Shown here: piece after piece, positions 26,965 through 40,600 of the stretch | How the letters are laid out: each line of letters starts with the position of its first letter | Numbering within the stretch: position 1 is the first letter of the stretch | Source of the DNA: Balanoglossus misakiensis | Taxonomy: Eukaryota > Animalia > Hemichordata | Direction: 5' to 3' | Length of the DNA: 64,000 nt | Assembly: GCA_040954595.2 (NCBI GenBank) | Contig: CM082598.2 | Span: forward strand, 8,695,097-8,759,096 | Notes under the pieces: model-generated | The model's database searches: none | What the model saw: the letters and a program-made list of their open reading frames with translations, nothing else | What the model was told of the DNA's origin: nothing | Position numbers and translations under genes: made by a program

Positions 26965-28648
26965 AACATGTCAAATGCACAAGACAACGTATATAAATGC
27001 ACAAGACAACATATAGAAATGCACAAGACAACGTATATAAATGCACAAGACGACATATAGAAATGCACAAGACAACGTATATAAATGCACAAGACAACAT
27101 ATAGAAAAGCACAAGACAACGTATATAAATGCACAAGACAACATATAGAAATGTACAAGACAACGTATATAAATGCACAAGACAACATATAGAAATGTAC
27201 AAGACAACGTATATAAATGCACAAGACAACATATAGAAATGCACAAGACAACGTATATAAATGCACAAGACAACATATAGAAAAGCACAAGACAACGTAT
27301 ATAAATGCACAAGACAACATATAGAAATGCACAAGACAACGTATATAAATGCACAAGACAACATATAGAAATGTACAAGACAACGTATATAAATGCACAA
27401 GACAACATATAGAAATGTACAAGACAACGTATATAAATGCACAAGACAACATATAGAAATGCACAAGACAACGTATATAAATGCACAATACAACATATAA
27501 AATGTACAAGACAACATATAGAAATGCACAAGACAACATATAGAAATGCACAAGACAACGTATATAAATGCACAAGACAACATATAGAAATGTACAAGAC
27601 AACGTATATAAATGCACAAGACAACATATAGAAATGCACAAGACAACATATAGAAAAGCACAAGACAACGTATATAAATGCACAAGACAACATATAAAAT
27701 GTACAAGACAACATATAGAAATGCACAAGACAACATATAAAATGTACAAGACAACATATAGAAATGCACAAGACAACATATAGAAAAGCACAAGACAACG
27801 TATATAAATGCACAAGACAACATATAGAAATGCACAAGACAACGTATATAAATGCACAAGACAACATATAGAAATGTACAAGACAACGTATATAAATGCA
27901 CAAGACAACATATAGAAATGTACAAGACAACGTATATAAATGCACAAGACAACATATAGAAATGCACAAGACAACGTATATAAATGCACAAGACAACATA
28001 TAAAATGTACAAGACAACATATAGAAATGCACAAGACAACATATAGAAATGCACAAGACAACGTATATAAATGCACAAGACAACATATAGAAATGTACAA
28101 GACAACGGACAACATATAGAAATACACAAGACAACGCATATAAATGCACACGACAACATATAGAAATGCACAAGACAACGTATATAAATGCACAAGACAA
28201 CATATAGAAATACACAAGACAAGGTATATAAATGCACAAGACAACATATAGAAATACACAAGACAACGTATATAAATGCACAAAACAACATATAGAAATG
28301 CACAAGACAACGTATATAAATGGACAAGACAACGTATATAAATGGACAAGACAACGTATATAAATGGACAAGACAACATGTTAAAGGCACACGACAACAT
28401 GTAGAAATGCACAAGACAATGTATATAAATGCACAAGACAACGTATATAAATGGACAAGACAACATGTTAAATGCACAAGACAATATAAAATGGACAAGA
28501 CAACATGTTAAATGCACAGGAAAATATTTGAAATGCACAAGACAACATGTTAAATGCACAGGACCATATTAAAATGCACAAGAAAACATGGTAAATGCAC
28601 AGGACCATATATGAAATGCACAAGAAAAAATGCTAAATGCACAAGAGA
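26965..28648 (-). repeat. 22-bp minisatellite in the right arm, about 76 units, mostly alternating as a 44-bp dimer
   Basis: aaatgcacaagacaacgtatat alternates with aaatgcacaagacaacatatag. Confidence 0.95.
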
Positions 28649-28689
28649 ACATGAGTTCAGTTCACTTAAGGCAGTTATGGCTTTCCATA

Positions 28690-31600
28690 AGAGAATGTAT
28701 TGCCGCCATTCTTGGGAGGGTAGGAAAAACGGCCGAGAGTTTGTTGAAGCCATTCTCGGGAGGGGTGAAATGATGGCAGAGAGTTTGTTGCCGCCATTCT
28801 TGGGAGGGGAGAAATAAGGGCTGAGAGTTTGTTGAAGCCATTCTCGGTAGGGCAGAAATGATGGCTGAGAGTTTGTTGCCGCCATTCTTGGGAGGGGAGA
28901 AATGATGGCAGAGAGTTTGTTGAAGCCATTCTCGGTAGGGCAGAAATGATGGCAGAGAGTTTGTTGAAGCAATTCTCGGTAGGGCAGAAATGATGGCAGA
29001 GAGTTTGTTGAAGCCATTCTCGGTAGGGCAGAAATGATGGCTGAGAGTTTGTTGCCGCCATTCTTGGGAGGGGAGAAATGATGGCAGAGAGTTTGTTGAA
29101 GCCATTCTCGGTAGGGCAGAAATGATGGCTGAGAGTTTGTTGAAGCAATTCTCGGTAGGGCAGAAATGATGGCAGAGAGTTTGTTGATGCCATTCTCGGT
29201 AGGGCAGAAATGATGGCTGAGAGTTTGTTGAAGCCATTCTCGGTAGGGCAGAAATGATGGCTGAGAGTTTGTTGATGCCATTCTCGGTAGGGCAGAAATG
29301 ATGGCTGAGAGTTTGTTGAAGCCATTCTCGGTAGGGCAGAAATGATGGCAGAGAGTTTGTTGAAGCCATTCTCGGTAGGGCAGAAATGATGGCTGAGAGT
29401 TTGTTGAAGCCATTCTCGGTAGGGAAGAAATGATGGCTGAGAGTTTGTTGCCGCCATTCTTGGGAGGGGAGAAATGATGGCAGAGAGTTTGTTGAAGCCA
29501 TTCTCGGTAGGGCAGAAATGATGGCTGAGAGTTTGTTGCCGCCATTCTTGGGAGGGGAGAAATGATGGCAGAGAGTTTGTTGAAGCCATTCTCGGTAGGG
29601 CAGAAATGATGGCTGAGAGTTTGTTGAAGCAATTCTCGGTAGGGCAGAAATGATGGCAGAGAGTTTGTTGATGCCATTCTCGGTAGGGCAGAAATGATGG
29701 CTGAGAGTTTGTTGAAGCCATTCTCGGTAGGGCAGAAATGATGGCTGAGAGTTTGTTGATGCCATTCTCGGTAGGGCAGAAATGATGGCTGAGAGTTTGT
29801 TGAAGCCATTCTCGGTAGGGCAGAAATGATGGCAGAGAGTTTGTTGAAGCCATTCTCGGTAGGGCAGAAATGATGGCTGAGAGTTTGTTGAAGCCATTCT
29901 CGGTAGGGCAGAAATGATGGCAGAGAGTTTGTTGAAGCCATTCTCGGTAGGGCAGAAATGATGGCTGAGAGTTTGTTGAAGCCATTCTCGGTAGGGAAGA
30001 AATGATGGCTGAGAGTTTGTTGAAGCCATTCTCGGTAGGGCAGAAATGATGGCAGAGAGTTTGTTGCCGCCATTCTTGGGAGGGGAGAAATGATGGCTGA
30101 GAGTTTGTTGCCGCCATTCTTGGGAGGGGAGAAATGATGGCAGAGAGTTTGTTGCCGCCATTCTTGGGAGGGGAGAAATGATGGCAGAGAATGTATTGCC
30201 GCCATTCTTGGGAGGGTAGGAAAAACGGCCGAGAGTTTGTTGAAGCCATTCTCGGGAGGGGTGAAATGATGGTAGAGAATTTATTGCCGCCATTCTTGGG
30301 AGGGGAGAAATCATGGCAGAGAAATTATTGCCGCCATTATCGGGAGGGGAGAAATGATGGCAGAGAGTTTGTTCCCGCCATTCTCGGGAGGGGAGAAATA
30401 ACGACTGAGAGTTTGTTGCCGCCATTCTTGGGAGGGGAGAAATGATGGCAGAGAGTTTGTTGCCGCCATTCTTGGGAGGGGAGAAATGATGGCAGAGAAT
30501 GTATTGCCGCCATCCTTGGGAGGGGTGAAATAAGGGCTGAGAATGTATTGCCGCCATCCTTGGGAGGGGTGAAATAAGGGCTGAGAGTTTGTTGAAGCCA
30601 TTCTCGGGAGGGGTGAAATGATGGTAGAGAATTTATTGCCGCCAATCTTGGGAGGGGGGAAATCATGGCGTAGAGTTTGTTGCCGCCATTCTCGGGAGGG
30701 GAGAAATGATGGCAGAGAGTTTGTTGCCGCCATTCTCGAGACGGGAGAAATATGGGCTGAGAGTTTGTTGCCGCCATTCTTGGGAGGGGAGAAATGATGG
30801 CTGAGAGTTTGTTGCCGCCATTCTGGGGAAGGGAGAAATGATGGCAGAGAATTTATTGCCGCCATTCTCGGGAGAGGAGAAATAACGGCTGAGAGTTAGT
30901 TGAAGCCATTCTCGGGAGGGCAGAAATTTTGGCGGAGAGTTTGTTGCCGCCATTTTTGGGAGGGGAGAAACGATGGCGGAAAGTTTGTTGCCGCCATTCT
31001 TGGGAGGGGAGAAACGATGGCAGAGAATTTATTGCCGCCATTCTTGGGAGGGTAGAAAAAACGGCTGAGAGTTTGTTGAAGCCATTCTCGGGAGGGGTGA
31101 AATGATGGTAGAGAATATTTTGCCGCCATTCTTGGTGGGGGGGGGGGGAGAAATCAGTGCTGACAGTTTGTTGCCGCCATTCTTGGGAGGGGAGAAATGA
31201 TGGCTGAGAGTTTGTTGCTGCCATTCTTGGGTGGGGAGAAATGATGGCAGAGAGTTTGTTGCCGCCATTCTTGGGAGGGGAGAAATGATGGCATAGAATG
31301 TATTGTCGCCATTCTTGGGAGGGGAGAAATTATGGCAGAGAATTAATTGCCGCCATTCTTGGGAGGGGAGAAATGATGGTAGAGAATTTATTGTCGCCAT
31401 TCTTGGGAGGGGAGAAATAACGGCTGAGAGTTTGTTGCCGCCATTCTTGGGAGGGGAGAAATGATGGCTGAGAGTTTGTTGCCGCCATTCTTGGGAGGGG
31501 AGAAATGAGGGCTGAGAGTTTGTTGCCGCCATTCTTGGGAGGGGAGAAATGATGGCAGAGAGTTTGTTGCCGCCATTCTGGGGAAGGGAGAAATGATTGC

Positions 31601-34600
31601 AGAGAATTTATTGCCGCCATTCTCGGGAGGGGAGAAATAACGGCTGAGAGTTTGTTGAAGCCATTCTCGTGAGGGCAGAAATGATGGCAGAGAATTAATT
31701 GCCGCCATTCTTGGGAGGGGAGAAATGATGGTAGAGAATTTATTGCCACCATTCTTGGGAGGGGAGAAATAACGGCTGAGAGTTTGTTGCCGCCATTCTT
31801 GGGAGGGAAGAAATAACGCCTGAGAGTTTGTTGAAGCCATTCTCGGGAGGGCAGAAATGATGGCACAGAATTTATTGTCGCCATTCTTGGGAGGGGAGAA
31901 ATTATGGCAGAGAATATATTACCGCCATTCTAGGTAGGGGAGAAATGATGGCAGAGAATATATTGCCGCCATTCTTAGGAGGGGAAAAATGATGGCAGAG
32001 AATTTATTGCCGCCAATCTTGGGAGGGGATAAATAACGGCTGAGAGTTTGTTGCCGCTATTCTTGGGAGGGGAGAAATAACGGCTGAGAATTTGTTGCCG
32101 CCATTCTCGGGAGGGGAGATATAACGGCTGAGAGTTTGATGCCGCCATTCTTTGGAGGGGAGAAATGACGGCAGAGAATTTATTGCCGCCATTCTTGGGA
32201 GGGGAGAAAACATGGCAGAGTATTTATTGCCCCATTATCGGGAGGGGAGAAATAAGGGCTGAGAGTTTGTTCCCGCCATTCTCGGGAGGGGAGGAATAAC
32301 GACTGAGAGTTTGTTGCCGCCATTCTTGGGAGGGAAGAAATGATGGCAGAGAATTTATTGCCGCCATCCTTGGGAGGGGAGAAACGATGGCAGAGAGTTT
32401 GTTCCCGCCATTCTCGGGAGGGGAGGAATAACTACTGAGAGTTTGTTGCCGCCATTCTTGGGAGGGGAGAAATGATGGCAGAGAATTTATTGCCGCCATC
32501 CTTGGGAGGGGAGAAACGATGGCAGAGAATTTATTGCCGCCATCCTTGGGAGGGGTGAAATAAGGGCTGAGAGTTTGTTGCCGCCATTCTTGGGAGGGGA
32601 GAAATGATGGCACAGAATTTATTGCCGCCATTTTTGGGAGGGGAGAAATTATGGCAGGGAATATATTACCGCCATTCTAGGGAGGGGAGAAATCATGGCA
32701 GAGAATATATTGCCGCCATTCTTAGGAGGGGAAAAATGATGGCAGAGAATTTATTGCCGCAAATCTTGGGAGGGGATAAATAACGGCTGAGAGTTTGTTG
32801 CCGCTATTCTTGGGAGGGGAGAAATAACGGCTGAGAATTTGATGCCGCTATTCTTGGGAGGGGATAAATGATGGCAGAGAATTTATTGCCGCAAATCTTG
32901 GGAGGGGATAAATAACGGCTGAGAGTTTGTTGCCGCTATTCTTGGGAGGGGAGATATAACGGCTGAGAGTTTGATGCCGCCATTCTTGGGAGGGGATAAA
33001 TGATGGCAGAGAATTTATTGCCGCTATTCTTGGGAGGGGAGAAATGATGGCAGAGAATGTATTGCCGCCATTCTTGGGAGGGTAGGAAAAACGGCCGAGA
33101 GTTTGTTGAAGCCATTCTCGGGAGGGGTGAAATGATGGTAGAGAATTTATTGCCGCCAATCTATGGAGGGGAGAAATGATGGCAGAGAATTTATTGCCGC
33201 CATTCTTGGGAGGGGAGAAATCATGGCAGAGAAATTATTGCCGCCATTATCGGGAGGGGAGAAATTATGGCTGAGAGTTTGTTCCCGCCATTCTCGGGAG
33301 GGGAGAAATAACGACTGAGAGTTTGTTGCCGCCATTCTTGGGAGGGGAGAAATGATGGCAGAGAGTTTGTTGCCGCCATTCTTGGGAGGGGAGTAATAAC
33401 GGCTGAGAGTTTGTTGCCGCCATTCTTGGGAGGGGAGAAATGATGGCTGAGAGTTTGTTGCCGCCATTCTTGGGAGGGGAGAAATGATGGCAGAGAGTTT
33501 GTTGCCGCCATTCTTGGGAGGGGAGTAATGATGGCATAGAATGTATTGTCGCCATTCTTGGGAGGGGAGAAATTATGGCAGAGAATTAATTGCCGCCATT
33601 CTTGGGAGGGGAGAAATGATGGTAGAGAATTTATTGTCGCCATTCTTGGGAGGGGAGAAATGATGGCAGAGAGTTTGTTGCCGCCATTCTTGGGAGGGGA
33701 GTAATAACGGCTGAGAGTTTGTTGCCGCCATTCTCGGGAGGGGAGAAATAACGACTGAGAGTTTGTTGCCGCCATTCTTGGGAGGGGAGAAATGATGGCA
33801 GAGAGTTTGTTGCCGCCATTCTTGGGAGGGGAGTAATGATGGCATAGAATGTATTGTCGCCATTCTCGGGAGGGGTGAAATGATGGTAGAGAATTTATTG
33901 CCGCCAATCTATGGAGGGGAGAAATGATGGCAGAGAATTTATTGCCGCCATTCTTGGGAGGGGAGAAATCATGGCAGAGAAATTATTGCCGCCATTATCG
34001 GGAGGGGAGAAATTATGGCTGAGAGTTTGTTCCCGCCATTCTCGGGAGGGGAGAAATAACGACTGAGAGTTTGTTGCCGCCATTCTTGGGAGGGGAGAAA
34101 TGATGGCAGAGAGTTTGTTGCCGCCATTCTTGGGAGGGGAGTAATAACGGCTGAGAGTTTGTTGCCGCCATTCTTGGGAGGGGAGAAATGATGGCTGAGA
34201 GTTTGTTGCCGCCATTCTTGGGAGGGGAGAAATGATGGCAGAGAGTTTGTTGCCGCCATTCTTGGGAGGGGAGTAATGATGGCATAGAATGTATTGTCGC
34301 CATTCTTGGGAGGGGAGAAATTATGGCAGAGAATTAATTGCCGCCATTCTTGGGAGGGGAGAAATGATGGTAGAGAATTTATTGTCGCCATTCTTGGGAG
34401 GGGAGAAATGATGGCAGAGAGTTTGTTGCCGCCATTCTTGGGAGGGGAGTAATAACGGCTGAGAGTTTGTTGCCGCCATTCTTGGGAGGGGAGAAATGAT
34501 GGCTGAGAGTTTGTTGCCGCCATTCTTGGGAGGGGAGAAATGATGGCAGAGAGTTTGTTGCCGCCATTCTTTGGAGGGGAGAAATGAAGGCAGAGAATGT

Positions 34601-37600
34601 ATTGCCGCCATCCTTGGGAGGGGTGAAATAAGGGCTGAGAGTTTGTTGAAGCCATTCTCGGGAGGGGTGAAATGATGGTAGAGAATTTATTCCCGCCAAT
34701 CTTGGGAGGGGAGAAATCATGGCATAGAGTTTGTTGCCGCCATTCTCGGGAGGGGAGAAATGATGGCAGAGAGTTTGTTGCCGCCATTCTTGAGACGGGA
34801 GAAATATGGGCTGAGAGTTTGTTGCCGCCATTCTTGGGAAGGGAGAAATGATGGCAGAGAATTTATTGCCGCCATTCTCGGGAGAGGAGAAATAACGGCT
34901 GAGAGTTAGTTGAAGCCATTCTCGGGAGGGCAGAAATGATGGCGGAGAGTTTGTTGCCGCCATTCTTGGGAGGGGAGAAACGATGGCGGAGAGTTTGTTG
35001 CCGCCATTCTTGGGAGGGGAGAAAAAACGGCTGAGAGTTTGTTGAAGCCATTCTCGGGAGGGGTGAAATGATGGTAGAGAATATATTGCCGCCATTCTTG
35101 GTGGGGGGGGGGGAGAAATCAGTGCTGACAGTTTGTTGCCGCCATTCTTGGGAGGGGAGAAATGATGGCTGAGAGTTTGTTGCTGCCATTCTTGGGAGGG
35201 GAGAAATGATGGCAGAGAGTTTGTTGCCGCCATTCTTGGGAGGGGAGTAATGATGGCATAGAATGTATTGTCGCCATTCTTGGGAGGGGAGAAATTATGG
35301 CAGAGAATTAATTGCCGCCATTCTTGGGAGGGGAGAAATGATGGTAGAGAATTTATTGTCGCCATTCTTGGGAGGGGAGAAATGATGGTAGAGAATTTAT
35401 TGCCGCCATTCTTGGGAGGGGAGAAATAACGGCTGAGAGTTTGTTGCCGCCATTCTTGGGAGGGGAGATATAACGGCTGAAAGTTTGATGCCGCCATTCT
35501 TGGGAGGGGAGAAATGATGGCAGAGAATTTATTGCCGCCATTCTTGGGAGGGGAGAAATGATGGCAGAGAATGTATTGCCGCCATTCTTGGGAGGGTAGG
35601 AAAAACGGCCGAGAGTTTGTTGAAGCCATTCTCGGGAGGGGTGAAATGATGGTAGAGAATTTATTGCCGCCAATCTTGGGAGAGGAGAAATGATGGCAGA
35701 GAGTTTGTTGCCGCCATTCTTGGGAGGGGAGTAATAACGGCTGAGAGTTTGTTGCCGCCATTCTTGGGAGGGGAGAAATGATGGCTGAGAGTTTGTTGAC
35801 GCCATTCTTGGGAGGGGAGAAATGATGGCAGAGAGTTTGTTGCCGCCATTCTTGGGAGGGGAGAAATGATGGCAGAGAATGTATTGCCGCCAACCTTGGG
35901 AGGGGTGAAATAAGGGCTGAGAGTTTGTTGAAGCCATTCTCGGGAGGGGTGAAATGATGGTAGAGAATTTATTGCCGCCAATTTTGGGAGGGGAGAAATC
36001 ATGGCATAGAGTTTGTTGCCGCCATTCTCGGGAGGGGAGAAATGATGGCAGAGAGTTTGTTGCCGCCATTCTCGAGACGGGAGAAGTATGGGCTGAGAGT
36101 TTGTTGCCGCCATTCTTGGGAGGGGAGAAATGATGGCAGAGAGTTTGTTGCCGCCATTCTGGGGAAGGGAGAAATGATGGCAGAGAATTTATTGCCGCCA
36201 TTCTCGGGAGAGGAGAAATAACGGCTGAGAGTTAGTTGAAGCCATTCTCGGGAGGGCAGAAATGATGGCGGAGAGTTTGTTGCCGCCATTCTTGGGAGGG
36301 GAGAAACGATGGCGGAGAGTTTGTTGCCGCCATTCTTGGGAGGGGAGAAACGATGGCAGAGAATTTATTGTCGCTATCCTTGGGAGGGGAGAAATAAGGG
36401 CTGAGAGTTTGTTGCCGCCATTCTTGGGAGGGGAGAAATGATGGCTGAGAGTTTGTTGACGCCATTCTTGGGAGGGGAGAAATGATGGCAGAGAGTTTGT
36501 TGCCGCCATTCTTGGGAGGGGAGAAATGATGGCAGAGAATGTATTGCCGCCATCCTTGGGAGGGGAGAAATGATGGCAGAGAGTTTGTTGCCGCCATTCT
36601 TGGGAGGGGAGAAATGATGGCTGAGAGTTTGTTGAAGCCATTCTCGGGAGGGGTGAAATGATGGTAGAGAATTTATTGCCGCAAATCTTGGGAGGGGAGA
36701 AATCATGGCATAGAGTTTGTTGCCGCCATTCTCGGGAGGGGAGAAATGATGGCAGAGAGTTTGTTGCCGCCATTCTCGAGACGGGAGAAATATGGGCTGA
36801 GAGTTTGTTGCCGCCATTCTTGGGAGGGGAGAAATGATGGCAGAGAGTTTGTTGCCGCCATTCTGGGGAAGGGAGAAATGATGGCAGAGAATTTATTGCC
36901 GCCATTCTCGGGAGAGGAGAAATAACGGCTGAGAGTTAGTTGAAGCCATTCTCGGGAGGGCAGAAATGATGGCGGAGAGTTTGTTGCCGCCATTCTTGGG
37001 AGGGGAGAAACGATGGCGGAGAGTTTGTTGCCGCCATTCTTGGGAGGGGAGAAACGATGGCAGAGAATTTATTGTCGCTATCCTTGGGAGGGGAGAAAAA
37101 AGGGCTGAGAGTTTGTTTCCGCCATTCTCGGGAGGGGTGAAATGATGGTAGAGAATATATTGCCGCCATTCTTGGTGGGGGGGGGGGGAGAAATCAGTGC
37201 TGACAGTTTGTTGCCGCCATTCTTGGTAGGGGAGAAATGATGGCTGATAGTTTGTTGCTGCCATTCTTGGGAGGGGAGAAATGATGGCAGAGAGTTTGTT
37301 GCCGCCATTCTTGGGAGGGGAGAAATGATGGCATAGAATGTATTGTCGCCATTCTTGGGAGGGGAGAAATTATGGCAGAGAATTAATTGCCGCCATTCTT
37401 GGGAGGGGAGAAATGATGGTAGAGAATTTATTGTCGCCATTCTTGGGAGGGGAGAATTAACGGCTGAGAGTTTGTTGCCGCCATTCTTGGGAGGGGAGAA
37501 ATGATGGCTGAGAGTTTGTTGCCGCCATTCTTGGGAGGGGAGAAATGAGGGCTGAGAGTTTGTTGCCGCCATTCTTGGGAGGGGAGAAATGATGGCAGAG

Positions 37601-40600
37601 AGTTTGTTGCCGCCATTCTGGGGAAGGGAGAAATGATTGCAGAGAATTTATTGCCGCCATTCTCGGGAGGGGAGAAATAACGGCTGAGAGTTTGTTGAAG
37701 CCATTCTCGGGAGGGCAGAAATGATGGCAGAGAATTAATTGCCGCCTTTCTTGGGAGGGGAGAAATGATGGTAGAGAATTTATTGCCGCCATTCATGGGA
37801 GGGGAGAAATAACGGCTGAGAGTTTGTTGAAGCCATTCTCGGGAGGGGGGGAAATGATGGTAGAGAATATATTGCCGCCATTCTTGGTGGGGGGGGGGGA
37901 GAAATCAGTGCTGACAGTTTGTTGCCGCCATTCTTGGGAGGGGAGAAATGATGGCTGAGAGTTTGTTGCTGCCATTCTTGGGAGGGGAGAAATGATGGCA
38001 GAGAGTTTGTTGCCGCCATTCTTGGGAGGGGAGAAATGATGGCATAGAATGTATTGTCGCCATTCTTGGGAGGGGAGAAATTATGGCAGAGAATTAATTG
38101 CCGCCATTCTTGGGAGGGGAGAAATGATGGTAGAGAATTTATTGTCGCCATTCTTGGGAGGGGAGAAATAACGGCTGAGAGTTTGTTGCCGCCATTCTTG
38201 GGAGGGGAGAAATGATGGCTGAGAGTTTGTTGCCGCCATTCTTGGGAGGGGAGAAATGAGGGCTGAGAGTTTGTTGCCGCCATTCTTGGGAGGGGAGAAA
38301 TGATGGCAGAGAGTTTGTTGCCGCCATTCTGGGGAAGGGAGAAATGATTGCAGAGAATTTATTGCCGCCATTCTCGGGAGGGGAGAAATAACGGCTGAGA
38401 GTTTGTTGAAGCCATTCTCGGGAGGGCAGAAATGATGGCAGAGAATTAATTGCCGCCTTTCTTGGGAGGGGAGAAATGATGGTAGAGAATTTATTGCCGC
38501 CATTCTTGGGAGGGGAGAAATAACGGCTGAGAGTTTGTTGCCGCCATTCTTGGGAGGGGAGAAATGATGGCACAGAATTTATTGCCGCCATTCTTAGGAG
38601 GGGAGAAATTATGGCAGAGAATATATTACCGCCATTCTAGGGAGGGGAGAAATCATGGCAGAGAATATATTGCCGCCATTCTTAGGAGGGGAAAAATGAT
38701 GGCAGAGAATTTATTGCCGCAAATCTTGGGAGGGGATAAATAACGGCTGAGAGTTTGTTGCCGCTATTCTTGGGAGGGGAGAAATAACGGCTGAGAATTT
38801 GTTGCCGCCATTCTCGGGAGGGGTGAAATAAGGGCTGAGAGTTTGTTGCCGCAAATCTTGGGAGGGGATAAATAACGGCTGAGAGTTTGTTGCCGCTATT
38901 CTTGGGAGGGGAGATATAACGGCTGAGAGTTTGATGCCGCCATTCTTGGGAGGGGAGAAATGATGGCAGAGAATTTATTGCCGCCATTCTTGGGAGGGGA
39001 GAAATGATGGCAGAGAATGTATTGCCGCCAGTCTTGGGAGGGTAGGAAAAACGGCCGAGAGTTTGTTGAAGCCATTCTCGGGAGGGGTGAAATGATGGTA
39101 GAGAATTTATTGCCTCCAATCTTGGGAGGGGAGAAATGATGGCAGAGAATTTATTGCCGCCATTCTTGGGAGGGGAGAAATCATGGCAGAGAAATTATTG
39201 CCGCCATTATCGGGAGGGGAGAAATAACGACTGAGAGTTTGTTGAAGTCATTCTCGGGAGGGGTGAAATGATGGTAGAGAATTTATTGCCTCCAATCTTG
39301 GGAGGGGAGAAATGATGGCAGAGAATTTATTGCCGCCATTCTTGGGAGGGGAGAAATAACGACTGAGAGTTTGTTGCCGCCATTCTTGGGAGGGGAGAAA
39401 TGATGGCAGAGAGTTTGTTGCCGCCATTCTTGGGAGGGGAGTAATAACGGCTGAGAGTTTGTTGCCGCCATTCTTGGGAGGGGAGAAATGATGGCTGAGA
39501 GTTTGTTGCCGCCATTCTTGGGAGGGGAGAAATGATGGCAGAGAGTTTGTTGCCGCCATTCTTGGGAGGGGAGAAATAATGGCAGAGAATGTATTGCCGC
39601 CATCCTTGGGAGAGGTGAAATAAGGGCTGAGAGTTTGTTGAAGCCATTCTCGGGAGGGGTGAAATGATGGTAGAGAATTTATTGCCGCCAATCTTGGGAG
39701 GGGAGAAATCATGGCATAGAGTTTGTTGCCGCCATTCTCGGGAGGGGAGAAATGATGGTAGAGAATTTATTGCCGCCAATCTTGGGAGGGGAGAAATCAT
39801 GGCATAGAGTTTGTTGCCGCCATTCTCGGGAGGGGAGAAATGATGGCAGAGAGTTTGTTGCCGCCATTCTCGAGACGGGGGAAATATGGGCTGAGAGTTT
39901 GTTGCCGCCATTCTTGGGAGGGGAGAAATGATGGCAGAGAGTTTGTTGCCACCATTCTGGGGAAGGGAGAAACGATGGCAGAGAATTTATTGCCGCCATT
40001 CTCGGGAGAGGAGAAATAACGGCTGAGAGTTTGTTGCCGCCATTATTGGGAGGGGAGAAATCAGTGCTGACAGTTTGTTGCCGCCATTCTTGGGAGGGGA
40101 GAAATTCTGGCAGAGAATTAATTGCCGCCATTCTTGGGAGGGGAGAAATGATGGTAGAGAATTTATTGTCGCCATTCTTGGGAGGGGAGAAATAACGGCT
40201 GAGAGTTTGTTGCCGCCATTCTTGGGAGGGGAGAAATGATGGCTGAGAGTTTGTTGCCGCCATTCTTGGGAGGGGAGAAATGAGGGCTGAGAGTTTGTTG
40301 CCGCCATTCTTGGGAGGGGAGAAATGATGGCAGAGAGTTTGTTGCCGCCATTCTGGGGAAGGGAGAAATGATTGCAGAGAATTTATTGCCGCCATTCTCG
40401 GGAGGGGAGAAATAACGGCTGAGAGTTTGTTGAAGCCATTCTCGGGAGGGCAGAAATGATTGCAGAGAATTAATTGCCGCCATTCTTGGGAGGGGAGAAA
40501 TGATGGTAGAGAATTTATTGCCGCCATTCTTGGGAGGGGAGAAATAACGGCTGAGAGTTTGTTGCCGCCATTCTTGGGAGGGGAGAAATGATGGCACAGA

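Larger units (their letters stand above)
23390..28689. mobile_element. Non-autonomous DNA transposon with very long TIRs (foldback-like), probably IS3EU superfamily
   Basis: Ends are perfect inverted repeats (TATGGAAAGCCATAACTGCCTTAAGTGAACTGAACTCATG... / ...CATGAGTTCAGTTCACTTAAGGCAGTTATGGCTTTCCATA). The flanks carry a 6-bp direct repeat AGAGAA (23384-23389 and 28690-28695), and removing the element restores a normal monomer (ggcAGAGAAtgtattgccgcc). TAY..RTA ends with a 6-bp TSD are my recollection of the IS3EU signature. No transposase ORF. Confidence 0.88.
25267..28689 (-). repeat. Right inverted arm (TIR), interrupted by the nested element at 25327-26740
   Basis: 25267-25326 is the reverse complement of 24692-24751 with a few mismatches. 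26741-28689 is the reverse complement of 23390-24691 apart from minisatellite copy number and a few substitutions. Confidence 0.88.

Noticed and set aside
23477-28559. Long Cys/Tyr/Val-rich ORFs (for example 23541-24614 and 26876-28559)
   Set aside because: Translations of the stop-free 22-bp minisatellite in all three frames; not transposase or membrane proteins.
23384-28696. Alternative 7-bp TSD (AGAGAAT) or Polinton/Maverick assignment
   Set aside because: A 7-bp TSD makes the termini asymmetric by one base, whereas 6 bp gives perfect TATGG/CCATA ends. Polintons typically begin with AG and encode polymerase and integrase, which are absent.
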